Source: Abditibacteriaceae bacterium (GTDB lineage Bacteria > Armatimonadota > Abditibacteriia > Abditibacteriales > Abditibacteriaceae). Taken from it: 14,832 bases of DNA. This document shows positions 7,092-14,832 of this stretch, piece by piece. Positions within the stretch are counted from its first letter, which is position 1; every line of letters begins with the position of its first letter. The notes below the pieces were generated by a model, which was given only the letters and a program-made list of their open reading frames with translations, searched no databases and was not told the DNA's origin. The translations under genes were made by a program, and so were the position numbers. The stretch covers positions 1-14,832 of the forward strand of contig JANMKN010000357.1 of assembly GCA_031372065.1 (NCBI GenBank). Reading direction: 5' to 3'.

Positions 7092-7818
7092 TCAAAACCG
7101 CATCGGGCACAGCGCGGCCAGAGCGCAGGTGCAAGCGACGCGAAGGGGTTTGCAACGACAGTTGTGAGGACGGGCCACCATCAAGATTGAGCGCGTCGCG
7201 GCAATTTAATCCAGCGGGCGCGGCCCAGAATTTGGCCCATTCGGGCAGCGACACATCGCTATCGGCGACGGCGATGACGACTTTTCCATCACGTTGAATG
7301 CCCATTCCGGTGCGCCGCGCCCATTGGAATTTCAGTTTCAAAACTTTGCCGTTTTCCACCAAGCGTGGGCCGCATTGCACGGCTTCGCGCATATCGCTTT
7401 TCCACACGAATTTTTCCGTCGGCATAATTTGCGCCTGCGGATGGCTTTTGCTGCCACGCGTAAAAAATACGCCCCACATTTTTCCGTGCAGAACACTTAA
7501 TCGCTTGCCGCCGGAGGCACGCAGGCCAAGCGGTTTGTCCTGCGCATCAAAAAAGCCGCCGTTGACCGCCGCCAGCGCTTTGTTTGCTTTGCGCCACTCT
7601 TCGGCTTGGCGCGGTGTGCCCGAAACCACGCGCAAATGCTCTGGCGTGGTGCGCAAAGCAACAACAGAACTCGAATTATTGCTGCCCGGTGCGCGCAACA
7701 AGCGCAGTTCAACGCCCGGCGCAATAGTGGCCCAAACATCTTCGCCGGGCGAGCGCCAATGATGCCGCCCCCACGCCAGCGCGCCGAACAAAAAAACCAG
7801 CAAAAACCAATATCGCAT
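7081..7818 (-). CDS. Phosphodiester glycosidase (NAGPA / DUF2233 family), exported or membrane-anchored
   Basis: Motifs AAVNGGFF, AVQCGPRLV, ARRTGMGI, ALNLDGGPSSQL. Hydrophobic N-terminus MRYWFLLVFLFGALAW from ATG 7818 (alternative GTG 7842). Confidence 0.9.
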   Translation of the reverse strand: MRYWFLLVFLFGALAWGRHHWRSPGEDVWATIAPGVELRLLRAPGSNNSSSVVALRTTPEHLRVVSGTPRQAEEWRKANKALAAVNGGFFDAQDKPLGLRASGGKRLSVLHGKMWGVFFTRGSKSHPQAQIMPTEKFVWKSDMREAVQCGPRLVENGKVLKLKFQWARRTGMGIQRDGKVVIAVADSDVSLPEWAKFWAAPAGLNCRDALNLDGGPSSQLSLQTPSRRLHLRSGRAVPDAVLISG

Positions 7819-7857
7819 GAGTGAAACGCAATTCCGGCGCACCTTGGCGCCGCTTTG

Positions 7858-7866
7858 ATTTTAGCA
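7858..7866 (-). promoter_or_regulatory. Putative extended -10 element for the NAGPA-selB transcript
   Basis: Minus strand TGcTAAAAT in the short divergent intergenic region. No convincing -35. Confidence 0.4.
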
Positions 7867-7921
7867 GGATACGGGCAACTCACACACGGCTCTGGACAAT
7901 TGCCGCCGCACAAAGCAGAAT

Positions 7922-8761
7922 ATGAACGTGACCCCTAATTCCTTGAACTATCGCCTGACGGAAGACGAAAAACAGACTTTTAACACAACTGGAATTTTGC
8001 AAATCGAAAACGTGCTGTCCGATACGCAAATCGAAGCCTTGACCAACGCCACAGATCGCATTTTTAATGAGAAAATCGCGGGCGGGCACGCGCCGGATCA
8101 GGCATTGTTTTATCCGAATTTCATCCCCGACGACGACCTGTTTTTCGATCTTGTGGATTACGAACGGGTGCTGCCCAAAGTGTGGGGCATTTTGGGTTGG
8201 AACATTTATTTGTATCACGCTCATCTCATCGTCACGCCGCCGAGCGGACAAGAGAAATCGGACAAAACGTTCGGGTGGCATCAGGATTCAGGGCGCGTTA
8301 ATCAGGAAATCGAGTGTCATCCGCGCCCGCGATTATCGCTCAAAGTCGCTTATTTTCTCTCCGACACCTCCGAAGCGGGGCGCGGCAATTTTTGGGTCAT
8401 TCCCGGCAGCCATTTGTGGGACAGTTTGGAGCGTCCCGCCGACGGTATCGGCCAGCCAGAGAGTGCGGTTCCGGTTTTAGCCAAGCCCGGCACGGCGGTT
8501 TTATTTGATCGCCGCTTATGGCACACCGCCAGCCCGAATTGGTCGGATGTCACACGAAAAATTCTCTTTTACGGCTACGGTTATCGGTGGATTCGCACCA
8601 AAGACGACATGACGGTGCAATCGCTGTGGGACAAATGCGACCCGATTCGCCGCCAGATGCTCGGCTACGGCGTCAACTGCAACGGCCACTTTTCGCCCAC
8701 CGACGAAGATGTGCCCCTGCGTGTCTTTTTGCGCGAACATTCGCCAGAGGAAGCGAAGTAA
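7922..8761 (+). CDS. Phytanoyl-CoA dioxygenase (PhyH) family Fe(II)/2-oxoglutarate dioxygenase
   Basis: N-terminal LTEDEKQTFNTTGILQIENVLS, HxD motif in FGWHQDSG, GNFWVIPGSHL, AKPGTAVLFDRRLWHTASPN, and the conserved Arg in VTRK. Confidence 0.92.
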   Translation: MNVTPNSLNYRLTEDEKQTFNTTGILQIENVLSDTQIEALTNATDRIFNEKIAGGHAPDQALFYPNFIPDDDLFFDLVDYERVLPKVWGILGWNIYLYHAHLIVTPPSGQEKSDKTFGWHQDSGRVNQEIECHPRPRLSLKVAYFLSDTSEAGRGNFWVIPGSHLWDSLERPADGIGQPESAVPVLAKPGTAVLFDRRLWHTASPNWSDVTRKILFYGYGYRWIRTKDDMTVQSLWDKCDPIRRQMLGYGVNCNGHFSPTDEDVPLRVFLREHSPEEAK

Positions 8762-8818
8762 AACCTTTGAATCAGCAGATTTGCGCGAAACTATTTTAAA
8801 GCCAACTTGCTGCCTATA

Positions 8819-8939
8819 AGCCCACCCGTAAACGAGTGGGCTGAATCATCAAAAGCCTCGTAAACGAGGCTGGACTCCCAGTGTTTAGCCTCGTTTACAA
8901 GGCTTTGGAAGGTTCAGCCCATTGCTTTGGCGATGGGGC
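8819..8939. repeat. REP/BIME-like cluster of four short palindromes arranged as one larger inverted repeat
   Basis: Units AGCCCACCCGTAAACGAGTGGGCT (8819-8842), AGCCTCGTAAACGAGGCT (8854-8871), AGCCTCGTTTACAAGGCT (8887-8904) and AGCCCATTGCTTTGGCGATGGGGC (8916-8939). Units 1+2 mirror units 3+4. Confidence 0.8.
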
Positions 8940-9027
8940 GTGATAAAGAACAACATGGGTTATTTTTAGGCGAGGCCGGAAACATAGGAGAATTTGGCAT
9001 CTCAAATGTTTGGCTAAAATGACCACC

Positions 9028-11244
9028 ATGAGATTGCTGCTTTTGTTGTTCTCGATTGTTCTGATTTGTCCCGTCCCGGCGCAGGAAAACCCCGATTGGA
9101 AACCGGCTGTCAGCCCGCTCTCGACGCGCTGGGCCAAAGATGTCAAACCGCAAAATCCGTTACCCGATTATCCGCGCCCGCAAATGGTGCGGGCTAATTG
9201 GCTTTCGCTGAACGGCTTGTGGCAGTTTGAAAACGCCAGCAACGCTGCGCCTTTGCCGCATAATCGCGAACTCAAAGCACGCATTTTGGTGCCGTTTCCC
9301 ATGCAAGCGTCGCTGTCGGGCGTCGGCGAGAAATTCAAGCAAGTTTGGTATCGCCGCACCTTGGAAATTCCCGCCGCGTGGAAAAATCAAAACGTGCTTT
9401 TGCACTTTGGCGCAGTGAATTATGAATGCGGCATTTATTTCAACGGCAAACTCGTCGGCACGCACAAAGGTGGCTACGATCCGTTTTCCTTCGACATCAC
9501 CGAGCGTTTGCAAGACGGCGCCAATGAACTCATCATCGGCGTCATTCACAACGCCAGTTGGAGCGATATTGTGCGCGGCAAGCAAAGCAACGATCAGCGC
9601 AACGATTTTTATTTGGCGTCCAGCGGCATCTGGCAAACGGTGTGGCTCGAACCTGTCGCGCTTTCACATCTCGAAAATTTAATCATCACGCCCGATGTTG
9701 ATGCGGGCGCGCTGGAAGTTCACACCGAAGCGGCAAACGCCGAAGGCGACAGCGTCACTGTGGAGGTTTTGGATGGCGAAAAACTCATCGCGCAAGGCAA
9801 AGGCGCAGCGGGCACGAGCATCCGCATTGCGATTCCCAACGCGAAATTGTGGTCGCCTGATAATCCATTTTTGTATTCGTTAAAAATCAATTTACTGCAC
9901 GATAAAGCTGTGGTGGACAGCGTGAATTCTTATGCGGCGCTGCGCAAAATCAGCGTCGGCAAGGACGAAACCGGCAAATCGCGCTTGCTGTTAAATAACA
10001 AGCCTTTATTTCAAGTCGGCGTGCTTGACCCCGGCCAATGGCCCGATGGACTGTATACGGCGCCGACAGATGACGCCTTAAAATTCGACATCGAAGCCGC
10101 CAAGAAACTCGGCTTCAATCTTATTCGCAAACACGCCAAAATCGAACCGGAACGCTGGTATTATTGGGCCGATAAATTGGGAATGTTGGTGTGGCAGGAT
10201 ATGCCCGGCGGCGAAAACAAAACGCCGCAAACCAAGCGCCAATTTGAAACCGAACTGCGCCAAATGGTTGACAACCTGCGCAATCACCCTGCGATTATCA
10301 TGTGGGTGCTGTTCGACGAGGGCAAAGGGCAATTCGACGCCGAACGTTTGTCACAAATGGTAAAAACCCAAGACCCGACGCGCCTTGTTTCGAATGCCAG
10401 CGGCGGCGATGACAAATACGCAGGCGATGTGCATGACGCGCATAATTTCCCGTCGCCGCGTTCTAACGTGCCCGAAACCGGGCGCGCCGCTGTCGCCGGA
10501 GAATTCGGCGCGCTGCCATTTTATGTCGCCGACCATTCGTGGCGCGATCAGTTTGAAAGTCAAGACAAACCCGGCAATCAAGAAAAATTCACCGAAGCCG
10601 AAGGTCTGACGCGCCGCTATGAAAACCTGATGCGACAGTCGTGGAAGTTAAATAAAAATACCGGCACCAGCGCCGTGGTTTATGCGCAACTGACCGATGT
10701 CGAAGGCGATGTCACCGGTTTTTATTCGTATGACCGCAGCGTCTTAAAAATGGACGAAAATCGCGTGCGCGCCGCGAATTTTAGCCCGACACTGCCCAAA
10801 CCGTTGACGATTTTGGCCGCTACTGGGCAAGACGCGCCTGTGGAATGGAAATACACCACCAAACGCCCACAGGATGGCTGGGAGCGCATGGGCTACGATG
10901 AAGCCGATTGGCAAACCGGCCCCGCGCCGTTTGGCACTTTGAATGTGCCTGCTATGCTCGTGCGCACCGAATGGAAAACACACGAAATTTGGCTGCGCCG
11001 CGAAATCGAAGTGCCCGCCGGTTTCAAAAATCCGCTTTTGCTGCTTTTGCACGATGACGAAACCGATATTTATATCAACGGCATCTTAGCCGCCAAAATG
11101 AGGGGCCAAAGCGACGGCTACGAAGAAATTCCTTTGCTCATTTCAGGCCGCGAAGCCCTGCAACCCGGAAAAAATCTCATCGCGGTTCGCGTTTATCAAA
11201 AAGAAGGCAATCAGATTTTCGATTTAGGTTTGGGGGCGTATTAA
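9028..11244 (+). CDS. Secreted glycoside hydrolase family 2 (beta-galactosidase/glucuronidase-like) with a C-terminal galactose-binding-like domain
   Basis: Signal peptide MRLLLLLFSIVLICPVPAQ. Motifs DYPRPQMVR, LNGLWQF, LLHFGAVNY, HKGGYDPFSFDIT, SGIWQTVWLE, LWSPDNPFLY, WPDGLYTAP, GFNLIRKH, NHPAIIMW, GEFG and TDVE. C-terminal W-T-EIWLRR / HDDETDIYING module. Start is ATG 9028 or 9019 (track gives TTG 9010). Confidence 0.93.
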   Translation: MRLLLLLFSIVLICPVPAQENPDWKPAVSPLSTRWAKDVKPQNPLPDYPRPQMVRANWLSLNGLWQFENASNAAPLPHNRELKARILVPFPMQASLSGVGEKFKQVWYRRTLEIPAAWKNQNVLLHFGAVNYECGIYFNGKLVGTHKGGYDPFSFDITERLQDGANELIIGVIHNASWSDIVRGKQSNDQRNDFYLASSGIWQTVWLEPVALSHLENLIITPDVDAGALEVHTEAANAEGDSVTVEVLDGEKLIAQGKGAAGTSIRIAIPNAKLWSPDNPFLYSLKINLLHDKAVVDSVNSYAALRKISVGKDETGKSRLLLNNKPLFQVGVLDPGQWPDGLYTAPTDDALKFDIEAAKKLGFNLIRKHAKIEPERWYYWADKLGMLVWQDMPGGENKTPQTKRQFETELRQMVDNLRNHPAIIMWVLFDEGKGQFDAERLSQMVKTQDPTRLVSNASGGDDKYAGDVHDAHNFPSPRSNVPETGRAAVAGEFGALPFYVADHSWRDQFESQDKPGNQEKFTEAEGLTRRYENLMRQSWKLNKNTGTSAVVYAQLTDVEGDVTGFYSYDRSVLKMDENRVRAANFSPTLPKPLTILAATGQDAPVEWKYTTKRPQDGWERMGYDEADWQTGPAPFGTLNVPAMLVRTEWKTHEIWLRREIEVPAGFKNPLLLLLHDDETDIYINGILAAKMRGQSDGYEEIPLLISGREALQPGKNLIAVRVYQKEGNQIFDLGLGAY

Positions 11245-11270
11245 GCCCAAAACCAAAATCCCAAAACCTC

Positions 11271-12038
11271 ATGAACAACATCAAACATTTTTTCGACGAG
11301 AACGGTTATTATTTGGCGAAGGGCGTTTTTTCGCCGCAGGAAGTGCGCGAATTAGAAGACGATTTCGACCACATCGTCGCGCAATTGCAAGGCGGCGGCG
11401 AAAGCATTAACGCGCGCTGGGGCGGCGAAGAAATGAAGCGGCTTGACGGCGGCGACAGTGTGATCGTCCATACGCACAACGTGCAATGCTTTTCGGCGCG
11501 TTGGCTGCAAGCCTGCCAGCACCAGAAGTTTTTGGACGTGGCCGAAGCGATTCTTGGCCCCGACATCATTTTGCATCACACCAAACTGTTTCAAAAGCCG
11601 CCGGAAAAAGGCTCGCCGTTTCCGATGCATCAGGATTGGGGCTACTTTCCAACCGTCAACGATTCGATGATCGCGGGCATTATTCACGTTTCGCGCGCCA
11701 CCGATGAAATGGGCTGTTTGCGCGTTTATCCCGGCTCGCACAAATTGGGTCGCGTGCCCGGCACGCTCGGCCAAATGCCCGCGCACCTGATGGACGATTA
11801 CGCCATTGAAAACGCCACCGTTGTCGAAGCCGAACCCGGCGATGTCATCTTTTTCCACTACTTCACGCTGCATGGTTCGATGCCCAATCGCTCCGCCGAG
11901 GCGCGCAAAACGGTGCTGATTCAACTCTACGCGGGCGACGATGCGGTTGAAGACGCCAATCGCCATCCGAATATGAAACTCACCCTGCGCGGCTGGAACG
12001 GGCGTATCGGACGCAAAGGCGCCGGCGAAGCGCGCTGA
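11271..12038 (+). CDS. Phytanoyl-CoA dioxygenase (PhyH) family Fe(II)/2-oxoglutarate dioxygenase
   Basis: FFDENGYYLAKGVFS, KLFQKPP, FPMHQDWGY (HxD), MGCLRVYPGSHK, EPGDVIFFHYFTLHGSMPNRS and ARK. Starts 26 bp after the GH2 stop, so it is probably co-transcribed. Confidence 0.93.
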   Translation: MNNIKHFFDENGYYLAKGVFSPQEVRELEDDFDHIVAQLQGGGESINARWGGEEMKRLDGGDSVIVHTHNVQCFSARWLQACQHQKFLDVAEAILGPDIILHHTKLFQKPPEKGSPFPMHQDWGYFPTVNDSMIAGIIHVSRATDEMGCLRVYPGSHKLGRVPGTLGQMPAHLMDDYAIENATVVEAEPGDVIFFHYFTLHGSMPNRSAEARKTVLIQLYAGDDAVEDANRHPNMKLTLRGWNGRIGRKGAGEAR

Positions 12039-12043
12039 ATACT

Positions 12044-12343
12044 TTAAGAAGATGGTGGAGGTGGCGCAATGGGATCGCGTTCGTGTTCGAGACGATTGAC
12101 ACGTTCTTTCAAGCGATCTATTTGCCGCCACTGAGTTTCTTCTGCGTCGCGTTGCCTTTCTTCCTCTTCGATGCGAGAATTGCCGCGCATAAAAGCGTAA
12201 AATCCCGCCAACAGGGGAAAGCCCCAGAGGCCAAACGCGCCAGCATTAATATGGGATTGAGTGAGAATAGCCAATCCCACTATAAGCAACCAAAACGTGC
12301 CATAAGCCGCCGCGAAATCGTAATAAAATTTCGACCAGTTCAT
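12044..12343 (-). CDS. Small hypothetical membrane protein (2 TM helices plus charged coiled-coil-like tail)
   Basis: 99 aa. Hydrophobic segments FAAAYGTFWLLIVGLAILT and AFGLWGFPLLAGFYAFM, followed by EEEERQRDAEETQWRQIDRLKERVNRLE. It fills the gap without overlap and has a promoter-like motif directly upstream. Confidence 0.7.
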   Translation of the reverse strand: MNWSKFYYDFAAAYGTFWLLIVGLAILTQSHINAGAFGLWGFPLLAGFYAFMRGNSRIEEEERQRDAEETQWRQIDRLKERVNRLEHERDPIAPPPPSS

Positions 12344-12349
12344 GAATCT

Positions 12350-12379
12350 ACTTTAACAAACCGCTATTCCGAGGCGCAA
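12350..12379 (-). promoter_or_regulatory. Putative sigma-70 promoter giving a leaderless mRNA for the 99-aa gene
   Basis: Minus strand TTGCGC-N18-TAAAGT with a TGn extension. The -10 box ends 6 nt before ATG 12343 and there is no Shine-Dalgarno. Confidence 0.5.
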
Positions 12380-12415
12380 AACCGTCACGATGCTGTTGCC
12401 CGCCTTTGTCTTCCC

Positions 12416-12444
12416 TTGTCCGTTGCACTATCTTTTGCTACATT
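12416..12444 (+). promoter_or_regulatory. Putative sigma-70 promoter for the TPR gene
   Basis: TTGTCC (12416-12421)-N17-TACATT (12439-12444), with an extended -10 TG at 12436-12437. Confidence 0.5.
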
Positions 12445-12554
12445 TGGTTTACGCCTTTTGGTTGTGCTGTTTTGAATTTATTATCGAGCCACGCAGCGGC
12501 CCGCCGTTGTTATCAAAACGCGATCAAGAAGATAAATGAAGGGGCGATGATACT

Positions 12555-14741
12555 ATGAACGCAGTAATATCGGGCGAAGCGGTCAAGGGCGCCGACGCGT
12601 TGCGCGAGGCGCTGATGGTGCTTGATGGCGAACTATCTACGGAACGGCGCCTTGAAATCTCCCATAATCTCAGTGCATTGATGGCCGATGACGCCGTGCG
12701 CCATTATGTGCGCGGCGTTTTATTCGCGCGTCCGCTGGCTGCCGATTCCGACATCGAAGGCGCCTTGCGTGTGGCGCGGGCTGCCGAGGCCAAACCATTA
12801 TTTGAGTTCTGGCAGGATGTGCGCGATTCCCAACCCGATATTGAAGCCGTCTGGCTGGCGTGGGAAGCGCTTGATAGCGCGCTATTTTCATCGCCCCCGG
12901 AGCGCGACGAACTGCGCGACGCTTTAGTGCGTGCCGGACATTTCGCCGAGTTGGTGCAGGCGATTCACGATAATAAAGTGGGATTGTTCTTCGTCAACCT
13001 CACCCTGAAGCGTGATTTCGCCCGTTACAAGTCGGTCTTGATGGCGTGGACGAATTCGTTCCGCAACACCACTTCGCGCCGCGTGGTGACACCCGATGAT
13101 GATGCAGAATGGGCCGAATACAACGAACGCGGGCACAAAGAATACATCCATGTCGTTTACACGCGGGTCGAAAAGCAAAAAGCGGCCATTGTCGAAGCCA
13201 TGCGCGCCCACAATTGGCCGCGCGTTGAGACATTCATCGCCGATTTAGTGCGAGATCAAATGCATAACGGCGGCCCTGAGTTCGTCGTGAAATCACTCTG
13301 CGATTTGTCAATGGATGCCAGAAGCCTTGGCTTATACAATTTGCAAGTGCAATTGACCGAACAAAGCATCAAATTAAACCCCAATGATGTTCAAGTCTTT
13401 AATCACCACGCCGATGCTCTGCTGTCGCAGGGTCGCTTAGACGAGGCCTTGGCCGGTTATGAGCAAGCCGCTACTCTTTTCCCGCACAATGTGGTGGCGC
13501 GCAGAGGCCGCGCGGAAGTTTTGAAGTCGCTGGGCCGCTGGGACGAGGCGCTGGCCGCTTATGGAGAGGTGATTGCTGAATTTCCGCCTGAGACATTCTC
13601 TTATTCGGGCCGCGCGCAGGTTTTGAAGTTGCAAGGTCACTTAGACGAGGCGTTGGCGGCTTATGAGGATACCATTCGCTTGTTTCCCGATGAGCCAGTC
13701 GGACGCACGGGCCGCGCGGAGGTTTTCAAATCGCAGGGGCGCTTGGACGAGGCGTTGGACGCTTATGAGCATATTATTGAGCAATTTCCGCACAACGAAT
13801 TTGCACGCAATGGGCGCGCGGAAGTTTTAAAGTTGCAGGGGCGCTTGAGTGAGGCATTGGCGGCTTTTCAGGACACCATCGCGCTCGTTCCGCAGGACGT
13901 TGTCCCGCGCAATGGGCGCGCAGAGGTTTTAAAGGCGCAGGGGCGCTTGGGCGCGGCGCTGGCCGCTTATGAGGACACGATTCGCTTATTTCCGCATGAC
14001 GCCATTGCACGCGCGGGCCGCGCGGAAGTTTTGAAGACGCAGGGGCGCTTAGAGGAGTCGTTGGCTGCTTATGAGCAAGCCGTCACTTTCTTCCCGGACA
14101 ATGTCGTAGCACAGCGGGGCCGCGCAGAAGTTTTGAGGTCGCTGGGCCGCTGGGACGAGGCGCTGGCCTCTTATGAGCGCATTATTAAACAATTCCCGCA
14201 CAACCAATTTGCAACAACGGGCCGCGCCATGGTATTGGTGGCCTTGCGTCGCCCAGATGACGCCTTGTATAGTTTGCCGGCGTTTGAAATGAACACGCTG
14301 CCCGCTTGGGCAAGCTATCACATTCGCGGCTTGATTTTGTTGGCGGAGGGGCAAAACGACGAAGCCGGTGAATTATTTCAGCGAGGCGCCGCAGAGTGTC
14401 TGTTTCTCGGCCAGTGCGCTTATTTCCGTTTGGCGTTGGCGATGGTATGGCTGCGCCAGCGCCGGTTCGCGGAAGTCGTGGTGCTGTTGAAAGACGAAAA
14501 GGTGCCCGCGTTGCACTACACAAAGGGTGCGATGCTGGCTCATGCGCACGGCGAACTGCACGAACAGCAAAAAGCGCAGGCGGCTTACAACCACATGATA
14601 AATTTAAAAGGGTTTCGCCCGCTGGGATTTTTCGATTTGATGGGCGAACTTCGTCAGCGCTATCTCGACGACGCCACGTCGCAGCACGACGATGAGTGGG
14701 TGTTTGAACGCGAATTCGACTTGCTGATGGCGCAGTTGTAA
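12555..14741 (+). CDS. Tetratricopeptide repeat protein (728 aa) with unassigned helical N- and C-terminal regions
   Basis: Nine 34-aa-period units of consensus GRAEVLKxQGRLDEALAAYExxIxLFPxxxxAxx, the last being degenerate. AAGGGG RBS-like sequence at 12539-12544. No signal peptide. Confidence 0.92.
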   Translation: MNAVISGEAVKGADALREALMVLDGELSTERRLEISHNLSALMADDAVRHYVRGVLFARPLAADSDIEGALRVARAAEAKPLFEFWQDVRDSQPDIEAVWLAWEALDSALFSSPPERDELRDALVRAGHFAELVQAIHDNKVGLFFVNLTLKRDFARYKSVLMAWTNSFRNTTSRRVVTPDDDAEWAEYNERGHKEYIHVVYTRVEKQKAAIVEAMRAHNWPRVETFIADLVRDQMHNGGPEFVVKSLCDLSMDARSLGLYNLQVQLTEQSIKLNPNDVQVFNHHADALLSQGRLDEALAGYEQAATLFPHNVVARRGRAEVLKSLGRWDEALAAYGEVIAEFPPETFSYSGRAQVLKLQGHLDEALAAYEDTIRLFPDEPVGRTGRAEVFKSQGRLDEALDAYEHIIEQFPHNEFARNGRAEVLKLQGRLSEALAAFQDTIALVPQDVVPRNGRAEVLKAQGRLGAALAAYEDTIRLFPHDAIARAGRAEVLKTQGRLEESLAAYEQAVTFFPDNVVAQRGRAEVLRSLGRWDEALASYERIIKQFPHNQFATTGRAMVLVALRRPDDALYSLPAFEMNTLPAWASYHIRGLILLAEGQNDEAGELFQRGAAECLFLGQCAYFRLALAMVWLRQRRFAEVVVLLKDEKVPALHYTKGAMLAHAHGELHEQQKAQAAYNHMINLKGFRPLGFFDLMGELRQRYLDDATSQHDDEWVFEREFDLLMAQL
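13404..14260 (+). repeat. 102-bp-period tandem repeat array encoding the TPR units
   Basis: GRA codons start at 13506, 13608, 13710, 13812, 13914, 14016, 14118 and 14220, exactly 102 nt apart. A divergent first unit (HHADALL) starts at 13404. Confidence 0.92.
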
Positions 14742-14832
14742 CGTGTCTGGACACACGCTTGTCTCTAAGGCGAAGAAGCGTTTGGAGCGACGCATCGCCG
14801 CCACCATAGGCATCAACTTAAGCCCCTCACCC

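Noticed and set aside
8819..8939. Possible mini CRISPR array
   Set aside because: The units are non-identical, partly inverted and separated by only 11-15 nt, and no cas genes are present.
11352..12131. 259-aa minus-strand ORF
   Set aside because: Antisense to a well-supported PhyH gene and has no recognisable motif.
13404..14260. Possible CRISPR array or DGR template/variable repeat pair
   Set aside because: The 102-nt period is in frame with TPR coding, differences are not adenine-specific, and there is no reverse transcriptase in the window.
14742..14832. Short hairpin CGTGT-ctggac-ACACG, ORF 14604..14816 and terminal AGCCCCTCACCC (possible start of another REP-like repeat)
   Set aside because: The hairpin is weak and has no U-tract, the ORF overlaps the TPR gene antisense, and the terminal motif is cut by the window edge so it cannot be evaluated.

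Overview
Bacterial chromosomal window of moderate GC content. The gene style is compatible with an Armatimonadota/Abditibacteriota-like organism, but that is inference only. Left to right: a 3'-truncated secreted FGE-sulfatase (SUMF1)-domain gene (-, absent from the ORF track) head-to-head with an ApbE flavin transferase (+); a bidirectional terminator; a double glycine-zipper protein (-); a ~2.6-kb insert carrying one frameshifted secreted beta-helix repeat gene (+); selB (-); a heptamer-built palindrome; a NAGPA-type phosphodiester glycosidase (-); PhyH dioxygenase / REP-like cluster / GH2 / PhyH dioxygenase (+); a small membrane protein (-); and a 728-aa TPR protein (+). The most notable structure is the insert. 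It is bounded by a perfect 23-bp direct repeat equal to the 3' end of selB (att-like), encodes no recombinase, and its single cargo gene is a GC mosaic. All family assignments come from motif recognition; no database searches were run.
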